DNA of 64,000 nt from a bacterium (GTDB taxonomy: Bacteria; Zhuqueibacterota; Zhuqueibacteria; Residuimicrobiales; Krinioviventaceae), in contig CAXXFV010000016.1 of assembly GCA_963674595.2 (NCBI GenBank), forward strand, positions 480,001 through 544,000, written 5' to 3'. The position numbers and the translations under genes are program-made. The notes under the pieces are model-generated. The model was not told the origin of the DNA. It saw only the letters and a program-made list of their open reading frames with translations, and searched no databases. Positions 9,687-19,127 of this stretch are shown in pieces. Each line of letters opens with the position of its first letter. Within the stretch, counting starts at the first letter, position 1.

Positions 9687-10580
9687 CTATGCTGCCATGG
9701 GGATCGTTAGTTTTGTGGTAAATCCTTCACAGGTCATATAATCCACTTTGCCTGATAGTTGTTTTTCAACAATCTCCTGAATTAATCCCAGCCCTATTGA
9801 ACTCTTTTGGTTAAGATTTGTTATGCCCCTGTAACCCGGACCGTTATCAGAAACCATAATTTGAATGATATTGTCGAATTTGGTAATGATTTCCAGGTGA
9901 ATGTTTCCTTTTTTCCCATTGGGAAAGGCATGTTTTACAGAGTTTAATAACAATTCTGTAAAAATCAAACCGACATAGATACCGATTTTTTGATGGACTT
10001 TGATGGATTTCACATCAAAAGTCAGAGTAATATCGTTCGCTCTGCCGCAACCGTCGATGACTCCCTGGCCCACTTTAACAAGGTAATCTTGAAGATCAAC
10101 AATATTTTTTTTATTGTCAAAGGAAAGCAGTTCATGGCTGGCCGAAATGGCCATAATTTGCGATTCAAGCTCCTCCAGTGCTTGCCTTGCTTGCGGATTT
10201 GTAATGCTTTTCGATTTTAAAAATGTCAATGACCGGACAAGGGATAAATTGTTTTTTACTCTGTGGTTGATTTCTTTTAATAAAGCAATTTTTTCATCCA
10301 ACTGTTGATAGAGTTCACGTTCCACCAACATTGTCTTTTTCAGCTCTTTTTTTAATTTGTGACGAATTATTGCTGATCTGACAGTAAGAGCAGCAAGAAG
10401 GAAAATAAAAGCAGCCAAAAGTTTATCCATGTTCCATTGAATAAGTTTTGGACTCCATTCCACCATCCATTTAGAAAAGTCAAGATAGCTAGCCAGAAAT
10501 GTCACCACAAGTGTCAGGAAAGTTATTAATAGAATATCCGCATTCGGTTCATATATTTGTGCAAATTTTTTTTGTTCCAT
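9687..10580 (-). CDS. Membrane HisKA_2-type sensor histidine kinase (paralog 1)
   Basis: Two TM helices, EINHRVKNNL, ELLLNSVKHAF, DNGPG, SIGLGL. Confidence 0.9.
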   Translation of the reverse strand: MEQKKFAQIYEPNADILLITFLTLVVTFLASYLDFSKWMVEWSPKLIQWNMDKLLAAFIFLLAALTVRSAIIRHKLKKELKKTMLVERELYQQLDEKIALLKEINHRVKNNLSLVRSLTFLKSKSITNPQARQALEELESQIMAISASHELLSFDNKKNIVDLQDYLVKVGQGVIDGCGRANDITLTFDVKSIKVHQKIGIYVGLIFTELLLNSVKHAFPNGKKGNIHLEIITKFDNIIQIMVSDNGPGYRGITNLNQKSSIGLGLIQEIVEKQLSGKVDYMTCEGFTTKLTIPMAA

Positions 10581-10883
10581 AATATTAGTCTTAAAATATA
10601 TTTGTTTAAAAATTCAGGTGGTAATTAAAAGTCAAGAATTATGCGGTTGGTATTGTTAGAAGAAAAAAGTCATTTATGTGTAACCAAAACCAATCCTTTA
10701 AATGAAAAAAATCAATTTAATCGTTACAAGTCTTTTCAGAGTTTTATTCTCTTTTCTCTAATTAAACACCCTGTTCAATATAAACTTGCGTATATATTTT
10801 TTGTTTAATAAAAAAATATTCCCCCATTATGAAATTTTGAAATAATAAAATTTTACGGATTGTGTTTGTAGCTTTTGGTAAAA

Positions 10884-11780
10884 TTAGGCGACCATGGGAA
10901 TGGATAACTGAGTGGTAAAACCATCTGATGTGATATAGTCTACTTTGCCTGAAAGTTGATTTTCTACAATTTCCTGAATCAGACCAAGGCCGATTGAACC
11001 TCTATATTTAAATATATCCAGATTTTTTTTGCCGGGTCCGTTGTCAGAGACAGTAATTTGAACTGTGTCATTCGGTTGTGTTAAAATATTTAGTTGAATT
11101 TGTCCCTTTTTACCATCCGGAAAGGCATGTTTTACAGAATTTAATATCAACTCGGTGAATATAAGCCCTACATAGGTACTTGTTTTTTGATTTAATTTTG
11201 TCGTTGTTTTTTCACAAATAAGAGATATGTCCTCGGTCCTGCCGCAGCCATACAATACTCCTTTTCCAACCTCTTCAAGATACTCTTTGAGGTCGATTTT
11301 ATTTTTACTGCTTTCAAAGGAGAGCAGTTCGTGACTTTTGGAAATAGCGTTTATTTGTGATTCAATTTCTTCCAAAGCGCTTTTTGTTTCCGGATTTGAG
11401 GTGTCTTTTGATTTTAAAAATGCAAGTGATCGAATGAGGGTCAAATTGTTTTTAACTCTGTGATTTACTTCCCTTAACAAAGACACTTTTTCATTTAACT
11501 GGCGTGCGAGTTCAGCTTCTGCCAGGCTTGTTTTTTGCAATTGATTTTTTAATTTATGACGAATAATAGCTGAACGAATTCCGAAAATAAAAGCGAGGTT
11601 AATAGTTGCTGCTATAATTTCATCGATTTCCATTGATTCGTGTTTTCGGCTCCACTCAAGAAACCATTCGAAAAAATCAAAGTACCCCGCAATGAGCGTA
11701 ACAAGGATCGTTGAAACGACTATTATTATAATGTCCATGCCTGGTATTAATTTACATTTTGGTTTTTGATTGCTTATCAT
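10884..11780 (-). CDS. Membrane HisKA_2-type sensor histidine kinase (paralog 2)
   Basis: Two TM helices around DFFEWFLEWSRKHESMEIDE, then EVNHRVKNNL, ELILNSVKHAF, DNGPG. Confidence 0.9.
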   Translation of the reverse strand: MISNQKPKCKLIPGMDIIIIVVSTILVTLIAGYFDFFEWFLEWSRKHESMEIDEIIAATINLAFIFGIRSAIIRHKLKNQLQKTSLAEAELARQLNEKVSLLREVNHRVKNNLTLIRSLAFLKSKDTSNPETKSALEEIESQINAISKSHELLSFESSKNKIDLKEYLEEVGKGVLYGCGRTEDISLICEKTTTKLNQKTSTYVGLIFTELILNSVKHAFPDGKKGQIQLNILTQPNDTVQITVSDNGPGKKNLDIFKYRGSIGLGLIQEIVENQLSGKVDYITSDGFTTQLSIPMVA

Positions 11781-12012
11781 AGTGCTATCTTTCTAAAATA
11801 GATATACTTGTTGCCTAATTTAAAACGTTATTGTAAAAAAGAATATTCTTGTTTTCTGAAAAAATTAGTGTTTGATTAGAGTGCAGATTTAGTAAAATTT
11901 GGTTTATGAATAGTGGTTTTTTTTGTCAATAGGTATACTGATCTAAACAGGATTGTGCTATTTTGGTTTACTTTGTATTATTACAAAAAAACTAGTAGGT
12001 GTTGCCAGAAGA

Positions 12013-12798
12013 TTAGATGTGTTTTTGGCGTGCGATAAAAAATAATCTCTTGAAAGGAAATAAAACCTTTCCATTTAATTGTTGTAAATATTCCTTTTTT
12101 ATGTTTTCAAGAACGAGATTTTCAAATTTTTCTTTATCATCCTTGTTTTTTAACACTTCTATAAACGGTTTTAATCCGGTGCTTTTAATCATTTCCAGGA
12201 TAGAATTGTGAGACTCCATAATATGAAAATAGTCTGTTTTCCACATTTCTATAAAATTAAAAAAGGACGATAATTGATTATAATAATATGAATGATTATG
12301 TATTGTTAAAGTTCCCAAAATATTTTTGGTTAACTTTGCCCATTGGCTGTTTTCTGCAATATCAGCAATTGCTTTTCCAAGGGGCATGTCCCAAAACAGC
12401 GGGATTTGTACGGCAACCTGTCCGTCTTTATTCAATAAATGGTGAAATTTTTCAATCAGAATGTTGTGATTGGGTATCCATTGAATTGCTGCGTTTGAAA
12501 AAACAATATCAAATTTGCCGTCTATTTTTTCTTTTCCGGCATCAATTAATTTCCACTCCTGCAAAGGAAAGTCTTTTTTTGCTTTTTCAATCATGGCAGG
12601 TGAATTATCAATTCCGATTATCTGTGCATCCGGCCATTTTTGAACAAGGATTTGTGTGCTGTTTCCTGGTCCGCAACCAATGTCTATAATTTTTTTCGGT
12701 TGATCATAATTAATCCGGGAAACCAGATCGATTGATGGTTGAATACGTTCTTTATTGAACTTTAAATATAATTCCGGATTCCAGTCTTTATTACTCAT
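12013..12798 (-). CDS. tam: Trans-aconitate 2-methyltransferase-like SAM-dependent methyltransferase
   Basis: WNPELYLKF..ER.QP..DL N-terminus, DIGCGPGNST SAM motif, SNAAIQW, C-terminal FPFKRLFFIA. Confidence 0.82.
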   Translation of the reverse strand: MSNKDWNPELYLKFNKERIQPSIDLVSRINYDQPKKIIDIGCGPGNSTQILVQKWPDAQIIGIDNSPAMIEKAKKDFPLQEWKLIDAGKEKIDGKFDIVFSNAAIQWIPNHNILIEKFHHLLNKDGQVAVQIPLFWDMPLGKAIADIAENSQWAKLTKNILGTLTIHNHSYYYNQLSSFFNFIEMWKTDYFHIMESHNSILEMIKSTGLKPFIEVLKNKDDKEKFENLVLENIKKEYLQQLNGKVLFPFKRLFFIARQKHI

Positions 12799-12934
12799 TA
12801 TATCAAACCTTATATTCCAGTGCTAATTTCGCAAGTTAAAACCTAAGAAGAAAATTAATTTTTATTGAATTTTAAAAGTTAGGTTTGTCCCTGATTTTTT
12901 TATTATTAACCGTTAATACTGATTTAAATTTTAT

Positions 12935-13432
12935 TTATTCAGAGACAATTTTTAGATTAATCGAATCCAAATATTTTGAGGGAACAATGTTTTGTATGTA
13001 AATATAGGGCCTTAATTTTACCAGATAATTCCCTGCCGGTAGAGGGCTGTGAAATGGATTGGAATTCCAGGATGTGCTGTATTTCAGCGTGTCACCGGGA
13101 GCCAACTTACCGGGAACAATGACCGCGCCATAATCATAGCCGTCGTCAGATGTAGCGATCAGGCTACCGCCTTTAAATATTTCAAATGAAGCTAGCGGGG
13201 TTCCGCCATGTGATTTTTCATATTTTTGAGTCTTGTTCCCAGTGTTTATAATTCCAAAATGAAAGAAAATATCCTGTTTTGTGGTGAATGTTGTTTTCGG
13301 CTTTTCTGTAGAGTCTGCCGGATAAAAGAAATGTTCAATTCTAAAAGCAGATGTCGCTTCGGTAACACGCCTGCAAAAGAGGTTTAGACTGATGATAATT
13401 ATTAAAATAGTGTATGTAATTGTGGTTTTCAT
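12935..13432 (-). CDS. Hypothetical exported/lipoprotein, Ig-like fold (BsuPI-like)
   Basis: Start moved to ATG 13432 (GGAGGG RBS). Hydrophobic N-terminus ending in C. LAPGDT...W...LPAGNY motifs. Confidence 0.55.
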   Translation of the reverse strand: MKTTITYTILIIIISLNLFCRRVTEATSAFRIEHFFYPADSTEKPKTTFTTKQDIFFHFGIINTGNKTQKYEKSHGGTPLASFEIFKGGSLIATSDDGYDYGAVIVPGKLAPGDTLKYSTSWNSNPFHSPLPAGNYLVKLRPYIYIQNIVPSKYLDSINLKIVSE

Positions 13433-13487
13433 GTTCCCTCCGGATAAATATAAAAGACCATCAATGTCCTTAATTAATAAATAAATT

Positions 13488-14027
13488 TTATTTCGTGTTG
13501 AATAATCCCAAAAATGCAAAAATCATTACAAGGCTAAAACTCAGACATAAAAACAAAATTCCTATTATATACAAGATTTTGTTTATGAAAAAATACTTGT
13601 TCTGTAAATATAATGCATTTTTTAAATGTTTGACATCATTTGTTTCAAAATAGAGTTTAAAAGAATCTGATGCATTATTAAGTTTTATTCCTGCAATTGC
13701 AATTGGAATCCCAAGGATTGCTCCTACGATTGAAAAACAGGAAATAATTCCATTAAAAATATCGAAAAAGCCGATAAATTTCATATTATTTATATAGTTT
13801 TGTTCGTTTAATTCATATTTTAAATTCAATGATTCATTGTGTTTTTCTTCAACTTTTTTTTCAGGATCCCGCTCAAAATATTCGCCATTACATTTTTTGA
13901 TAAACTTGGCAGGATAGCTTTTAACGTTTTCTTTGATTTTTGTGCATACACCATTAGTAGTTTCATAAAATTGACAAACATAACAATAATCTCTGGTTGA
14001 TTTTTTGTTTAAATCGTCGCGGTCCAT
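13488..14027 (-). CDS. DUF5362-like membrane protein with Cys-rich N-terminal domain
   Basis: MKFIG...GIISCFSIVGAILGIP...KYF pattern typical of DUF5362. N-terminal CxxC...C...C. Confidence 0.6.
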   Translation of the reverse strand: MDRDDLNKKSTRDYCYVCQFYETTNGVCTKIKENVKSYPAKFIKKCNGEYFERDPEKKVEEKHNESLNLKYELNEQNYINNMKFIGFFDIFNGIISCFSIVGAILGIPIAIAGIKLNNASDSFKLYFETNDVKHLKNALYLQNKYFFINKILYIIGILFLCLSFSLVMIFAFLGLFNTK

Positions 14028-14095
14028 AGTTCCTCTCCTATTCGTCCGTTGAAAATTTTTTGTCCCTTTACCATAATTTAAGAGGATAAAGTTGT

Positions 14096-14821
14096 TTATT
14101 CTGTTTTATCTGACAGAAACATACTTATATTCAGCAATTCCTGCACCATTGGTTCCGGCAATGTATGCCCTGTATTTTTATAAATATTCAGTTTTGTGTT
14201 GGGTGCGTGCTGAGATAAAATATGAAAAGCCTTTTGGGCTTTATCCAGATTGTTATCCAGTTCACCGTGTCCGATATATATATTCATGGATAAAATTTTC
14301 GAAATATCTTCCGGCAGCAGATTTTCTTCAAACCTGGCGCCAATCGGTGCGATGCCTTTAAATATATGTGGATTATGCAGTCCGATTGAGTAACAATATG
14401 CTCCACCGGCGGAAAATCCTGTTATAAATATTTTTTTGGGATTTATTAGAACATGTTTTCGGGCGATATCCAGTGCAGAAAAAATGATATTGTCCGTATT
14501 TTCACCCCAGGCCCAGTTTAATGGCGAGCCAATATTTGTCTCTCCCTGAGGTGTGAGTAAAATAATGTTCAGGGAATCGGTAGCCGGTTTCCACAAGTCG
14601 TGAAAAGCGGCGGCGTTACTGCCATAGCCGTGTAACGCAATAAGCAGAGGGGCGGGTGTAGCCGTTGTGATTTTGGGCGGAACGGATAAAATGGAAACAG
14701 AGCGTGTATTATTTAATTGTATATGAAAATGCGTTGTTGTCCCCGGTTGCATATAAGAACACGTTTTACATGAAAATATTGATAAAATAAAAATCAGGGG
14801 TATTTTAGTTGTGAAATTCAT
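14096..14821 (-). CDS. Alpha/beta-hydrolase (phospholipase/carboxylesterase family) lipoprotein
   Basis: LHGYG oxyanion motif, GFSAGG nucleophile, HGELD, GH. Lipobox FSC. Confidence 0.85.
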   Translation of the reverse strand: MNFTTKIPLIFILSIFSCKTCSYMQPGTTTHFHIQLNNTRSVSILSVPPKITTATPAPLLIALHGYGSNAAAFHDLWKPATDSLNIILLTPQGETNIGSPLNWAWGENTDNIIFSALDIARKHVLINPKKIFITGFSAGGAYCYSIGLHNPHIFKGIAPIGARFEENLLPEDISKILSMNIYIGHGELDNNLDKAQKAFHILSQHAPNTKLNIYKNTGHTLPEPMVQELLNISMFLSDKTE

Positions 14822-14852
14822 CTCGCCCTATATAAATACAAATACGAGTGCT

Positions 14853-15617
14853 TTAGGATTTTAATTCTTTTTTAATAATATTTTGAAAACGTGTAATTGA
14901 AATATATCGGTCCGCCAGAATTTTGCCGTTATAAATCAGATTAAAAACGCTGTAAAGCGAAGGTGCTTTTTGTGCCTGTTGAGGTGTGGTCATTTCAATG
15001 ATTTTGGGACTGAGGTTTTCCTGTTCCAGAACAGGTTTGACCTCCTCGATGAACCTGGCCACCCAGGGACATTGTTTTGAGTAAATAATGGTAAAGTCCG
15101 TATGCTTTGCCAGCTCACTTTGCCAATCATTGATTGTTGGCAAAGCCCCTTGTTTGAAATTTTTAACCAGCAGTTGTTCTTTGCCTGACTCGGAAATAAT
15201 TTCATACCCGTTTTTTATTAAGATACTCTTGTTTGTCATAAATGAATTGTCGCTGGTTACAACCGCCACACCTGTCATTTCTGCTGCATCTTTTTCCGCC
15301 TCTTTTAACAAAAGAGTGCCAAGGCCCTGGTGCTGGTGTTTTTTCCCGTTTGTCCACATACAATGAATGAACATATATCCTTTAGCCGACACCGAACGCC
15401 AGCAAAACTCACCAGGTATGTATTCAATAAATCCGATTGGTTTTTTTTCATTTTCTAGATACAGTAATTTAATGGCCAGTCCGTTTTTAAACTGTTCTTT
15501 TAGCCATTCAATTTTTTTGTGATAAAATTCATGTTTCGGATTGATAAAACATATAACCTGTGGGTGTTCGGCTATGTTTTGCATGGTGACGTTTACAACT
15601 TTTGTTTTTAAATTCAT
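14853..15617 (-). CDS. GNAT N-acetyltransferase with C-terminal YoaP domain
   Basis: GFIEYIPGE.CWR, HQGLG acetyl-CoA motif, YSKQCPW and QAQKAP YoaP motifs. Start moved to ATG 15617 (AGAGGGA RBS). Confidence 0.82.
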   Translation of the reverse strand: MNLKTKVVNVTMQNIAEHPQVICFINPKHEFYHKKIEWLKEQFKNGLAIKLLYLENEKKPIGFIEYIPGEFCWRSVSAKGYMFIHCMWTNGKKHQHQGLGTLLLKEAEKDAAEMTGVAVVTSDNSFMTNKSILIKNGYEIISESGKEQLLVKNFKQGALPTINDWQSELAKHTDFTIIYSKQCPWVARFIEEVKPVLEQENLSPKIIEMTTPQQAQKAPSLYSVFNLIYNGKILADRYISITRFQNIIKKELKS

Positions 15618-15661
15618 GAGTTTCCCTCTGATAAATCGATCTTTAATTATAACGAGAATGA

Positions 15662-16492
15662 TTAAATAAAATCCCAAATCGGAAAATACCCTGCCTTTTC
15701 AACAATTTTTTGTCCCTCGGGACTGATGATCCAGTCGATCAGGTTTTTTATTGTGCCCTGGGGTTTGTCCACGGTATACAGATACAGGTATCGGGTAATC
15801 GGATAGGACCCGTTGATAACGTTTTGTTCTGATGGCGCAATATTGTTAATCCAGCAATGTTTGATATTGTTTGTAAAAGCCATACCTCCGTAACCAATTG
15901 CGTTTTCATGCCGGGCTACATGGTCCAGCACGTTTGCTGTAGTTGAAGCTGTAATTCCATCCTCCGTATAGTCGGTGCCGCCCAAAACATGGTCTTTAAA
16001 ATACAAAAAAGAGCCGGAATTGGGATTTCTTTTAATTACGAGGATATCCTGATCCGCGCCGCCGACCTGTTTCCAGTTTGTTGTTTTTCCGCTAAAAATG
16101 CCTTTCAGTTGTTCCTGGGTCAGGTTGTTGACGGAATTAGCCGGATGAAGATAGACACTGAGCGCGTCTTTGGCCACGAGTATGGAAAATCCGATAACAT
16201 TAAAGTTTTGTGCAATTTGTTGCGTTTCCTCGGGTTGTAAAGGTCTGGACGCCGCGCAGATTTGCACCTCTCCGTTTGCCAGTGCTTTGGCGCCGGTTGC
16301 CGTGCCGCCGCCTTCGGCATATATCGATACACCCGGATGCTGCATCATGTATTCCGAAGCCCATAGTCGATTCAGGGCAAGCATTGTATCTGATCCTTTA
16401 ATTCGGATGATTTGCGGCGAATTGTATTTTGATGTATGGCATCCGTTAAGAAATACAAGCAAACCGACAATTATTTTTATATATATTTTCAT
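15662..16492 (-). CDS. pstS: PstS-family phosphate-binding lipoprotein
   Basis: KGSDTM, GGGTATG, ASRPL, R...SGS, AIGY, YPITRYLYLY. Lipobox LNGC. Confidence 0.88.
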   Translation of the reverse strand: MKIYIKIIVGLLVFLNGCHTSKYNSPQIIRIKGSDTMLALNRLWASEYMMQHPGVSIYAEGGGTATGAKALANGEVQICAASRPLQPEETQQIAQNFNVIGFSILVAKDALSVYLHPANSVNNLTQEQLKGIFSGKTTNWKQVGGADQDILVIKRNPNSGSFLYFKDHVLGGTDYTEDGITASTTANVLDHVARHENAIGYGGMAFTNNIKHCWINNIAPSEQNVINGSYPITRYLYLYTVDKPQGTIKNLIDWIISPEGQKIVEKAGYFPIWDFI

Positions 16493-18123
16493 TATCGTTT
16501 TTCCGCTATGGACTGTAACCTGGTGTTTTGGAACGGAGAATTATTGTTCCATTTCGGAGGATTCTCTGAATTTGCCAAATTTTTTATAAAATGTGCCAGT
16601 ATTTCAAAATGCTGATTAACGGCTGAATAATTTATCGGCTGGTTTGTATCATCAAAAGGCGTGTGATAGATATTTTGCATCCAGTTGAGGTGTTTTATCA
16701 TAGCCTGCTCGCGAGATAAATTTTGATAGTCCAACCCATCCATGATCAGGATCGACGGAATACCGGCTTTGGCAAACGCAATTTGGTCGGACCTTGCAAA
16801 GGATTCTGTTAAAAGAAATTGCTCCGGCAATGAGGTGACAGTAATATTTAAAGGTTGGGTGGTTTTTAATAAAATATTATTTAAGGTTGAATACTCTGCT
16901 CCAATTCCCACAACGCTTTTAAACCTGTCAAAAATTGCTGCCCCGTCAATATTTATATTGGCTATGGTTTTGTAATGCGGGAAAACAGGGTGGTCCAGGT
17001 AATATGTAGAACCCAGTAATCCTTTTTCTTCGCCTGTTAGGAACAGAAATAACAGTGATCTTTTTGTTTTTTTGTTTTGTTGAAAGTAGTTGGCCAGTTC
17101 CAGCAGCATCGCTGTGCCAATAGCATTATCAACGGCGCCGTTATAAATTGAATCGCCTTTGACGGGTTTGCCGATACCAAGATGATCATAATGGGCTGTA
17201 ATGATGATACCGGTTTCTTTTAGTTCTTTGTCTGAGCCATTAATCACACCAATGACATTCGCTGCTGTAAATTCCCGTTGTTTAAACTCACCGTGAAAAG
17301 AAAGTTTTACCGGCAAATAAAAGCTTGATAACATGTTTTGTTTTTCTTGTGAAAAAATTTGCGGCAGTGTGTATTCGGCATTTTTAAAAAGACGCAATGC
17401 GGCATGCGGTTTCATAATAGCGCTGAAATGACTGGCGGCCGAATAGGCCAATGTAATGTCTTCAAATGAAAAATCACGCACCCATTCATCCCAGGATTTT
17501 AATTCCATTTCCTGTGGGCGGGGAATCAAAATACTGCCGCGTGCACCTCTGGATAGAGCCAGTCTTTCTTTCGATTCCGGATAAGAGTAAATTGTCGGGT
17601 TGGTTCCGTTAAAATAGACCGAATCTTGGGACTGCGGTTCTCCTGAAAGGTAAACAACGATTTTATCGTTAACGTCTATTGATTGATAGTCGTTGTAATC
17701 ATATTCCGGGGCGATAATGCCGTAACCGACAAACACCAAATCAATAGGCTGTGGAATATAGGTTTGCGCTCCTGATTTGTATAAAAGATAATCCTGGCCT
17801 ATAATATAGTTATAATGTTCCGGAAAAAGATCCAGTGCACAATTGGAAAGGGGAAAAGTACCATGAAGAGGCAGGTTTTGAAAATAGCTTGTAGAATTGT
17901 TGTTTGGCACAACACCAAATTGTTCCAGTTGTTGTGCTATATATTTTGCTGCTTTGTCCCCGCCTTGACTGCCTGTTGCTCTTCCTTCAAGTTCATCGCT
18001 CGCCAAATAATCCACATGCTTTTTAATTGCTTCTGCTTGAAGCGGCATATCCGTTTGCGCTGATACAAAAATCGGCCAAAAAAGGAATAGAAATTTACAT
18101 GAGGTATATAATAGCTTTTTCAT
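16492..18123 (-). CDS. M28-family aminopeptidase with PA domain
   Basis: LASDELEGRATGS, FVGYGI PA domain, AHYDH, GAVDNA, GEEKG, RSDQ, YHTPFD. Confidence 0.92.
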   Translation of the reverse strand: MKKLLYTSCKFLFLFWPIFVSAQTDMPLQAEAIKKHVDYLASDELEGRATGSQGGDKAAKYIAQQLEQFGVVPNNNSTSYFQNLPLHGTFPLSNCALDLFPEHYNYIIGQDYLLYKSGAQTYIPQPIDLVFVGYGIIAPEYDYNDYQSIDVNDKIVVYLSGEPQSQDSVYFNGTNPTIYSYPESKERLALSRGARGSILIPRPQEMELKSWDEWVRDFSFEDITLAYSAASHFSAIMKPHAALRLFKNAEYTLPQIFSQEKQNMLSSFYLPVKLSFHGEFKQREFTAANVIGVINGSDKELKETGIIITAHYDHLGIGKPVKGDSIYNGAVDNAIGTAMLLELANYFQQNKKTKRSLLFLFLTGEEKGLLGSTYYLDHPVFPHYKTIANINIDGAAIFDRFKSVVGIGAEYSTLNNILLKTTQPLNITVTSLPEQFLLTESFARSDQIAFAKAGIPSILIMDGLDYQNLSREQAMIKHLNWMQNIYHTPFDDTNQPINYSAVNQHFEILAHFIKNLANSENPPKWNNNSPFQNTRLQSIAEKR

Positions 18124-18131
18124 TTCTGAAA

Positions 18132-18917
18132 TTACGATTTCAAGCTCATAATTTTATATTGTCTTTTTGCAAACTGGCCCGGACAACTGCGGCGTCCGAC
18201 CCGTGTTAACTGCACGGCTGGGTCCTTCAACAGAGCTTTAATAGAAGCGGCCGGTTTATTCTCATCAAACGGACCGTTTAATGTGGCCGCATAGGAACCA
18301 ACCAGCTTTTCCTCGCCGTCAAAGGGAAGCGGATCTGTTCCGGCAATTACTTTGAATCCCTTTTTCATGGCTTCCCGCATTAATATCGGGGTCGGCCAAA
18401 CAGATGGACGCATGGTTGTATCGCTAATGAGCAAGGAGTCCGGTTTTACAGTATTTATAACATTTTGTACAACTTTTTTCCTGGCAAACATCCATTTCCC
18501 GGGCGCCCAGTTTAAGGCCGGGATTCCCTTGTTATCGCATACAGCCTGTATCGTATCATTTATATTATATTTTCTGTCTTCAAGATTCATAGTGGATGCC
18601 AGGGCACAAATTTCCAGGTTTTCTTTCACTACAATTTGGCGACCGGCCATTAAATAAAAATATTTTTGTTCGTCCAATGTATCGATAATTTTAACAGAAG
18701 AACCTTCATCTGTTTGAACAATATTATACTTGCCAATATTTTCTTGTGATTGAATTTCCTCAAAAGCATGGCAGTCGAATCTTTCTGTCAATAAACAGAC
18801 AGGTATATGGTCTTTGGCAATACGGCTCAAGTTCTTAAAAGCTGTATCGAAACATAATTCCAAATTAAAATCAGGGTAAAGATGCACATGCCCATCTATG
18901 ACAATTTTTTTATCCAC
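18132..18917 (-). CDS. Uncharacterised metal-dependent hydrolase-like protein (PHP/amidohydrolase-like)
   Basis: N-terminal DGHVH, LTE, GRQ...E, C-terminal AGTDP motifs. Confidence 0.5.
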   Translation of the reverse strand: MDKKIVIDGHVHLYPDFNLELCFDTAFKNLSRIAKDHIPVCLLTERFDCHAFEEIQSQENIGKYNIVQTDEGSSVKIIDTLDEQKYFYLMAGRQIVVKENLEICALASTMNLEDRKYNINDTIQAVCDNKGIPALNWAPGKWMFARKKVVQNVINTVKPDSLLISDTTMRPSVWPTPILMREAMKKGFKVIAGTDPLPFDGEEKLVGSYAATLNGPFDENKPAASIKALLKDPAVQLTRVGRRSCPGQFAKRQYKIMSLKS

Positions 18918-19127
18918 TGTTATGTCCTCATAATGTTATTTTATTGAAATTCAATATGCAGATAAAATAATATTAATGCAAATAAATTTTAGTGTTTAGG
19001 TAGAGTGCAAGTCGGCAAAAGGAATTTCAGTAATGTAATTTTATGCTTGATTCTTATTTTGAGAAGTGATACTTTATACAGATTTTTTATTTCCCTTAAA
19101 ACCCTATATCTATCGGAAGGAGTTAAC

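Noticed and set aside
12839-12886. AAACCTAA...TTAGGTTT inverted repeat resembling an integron attC site
   Set aside because: It is only about 48 bp, lacks a proper GTTRRRY end, does not recur between other genes, and no integrase is present.
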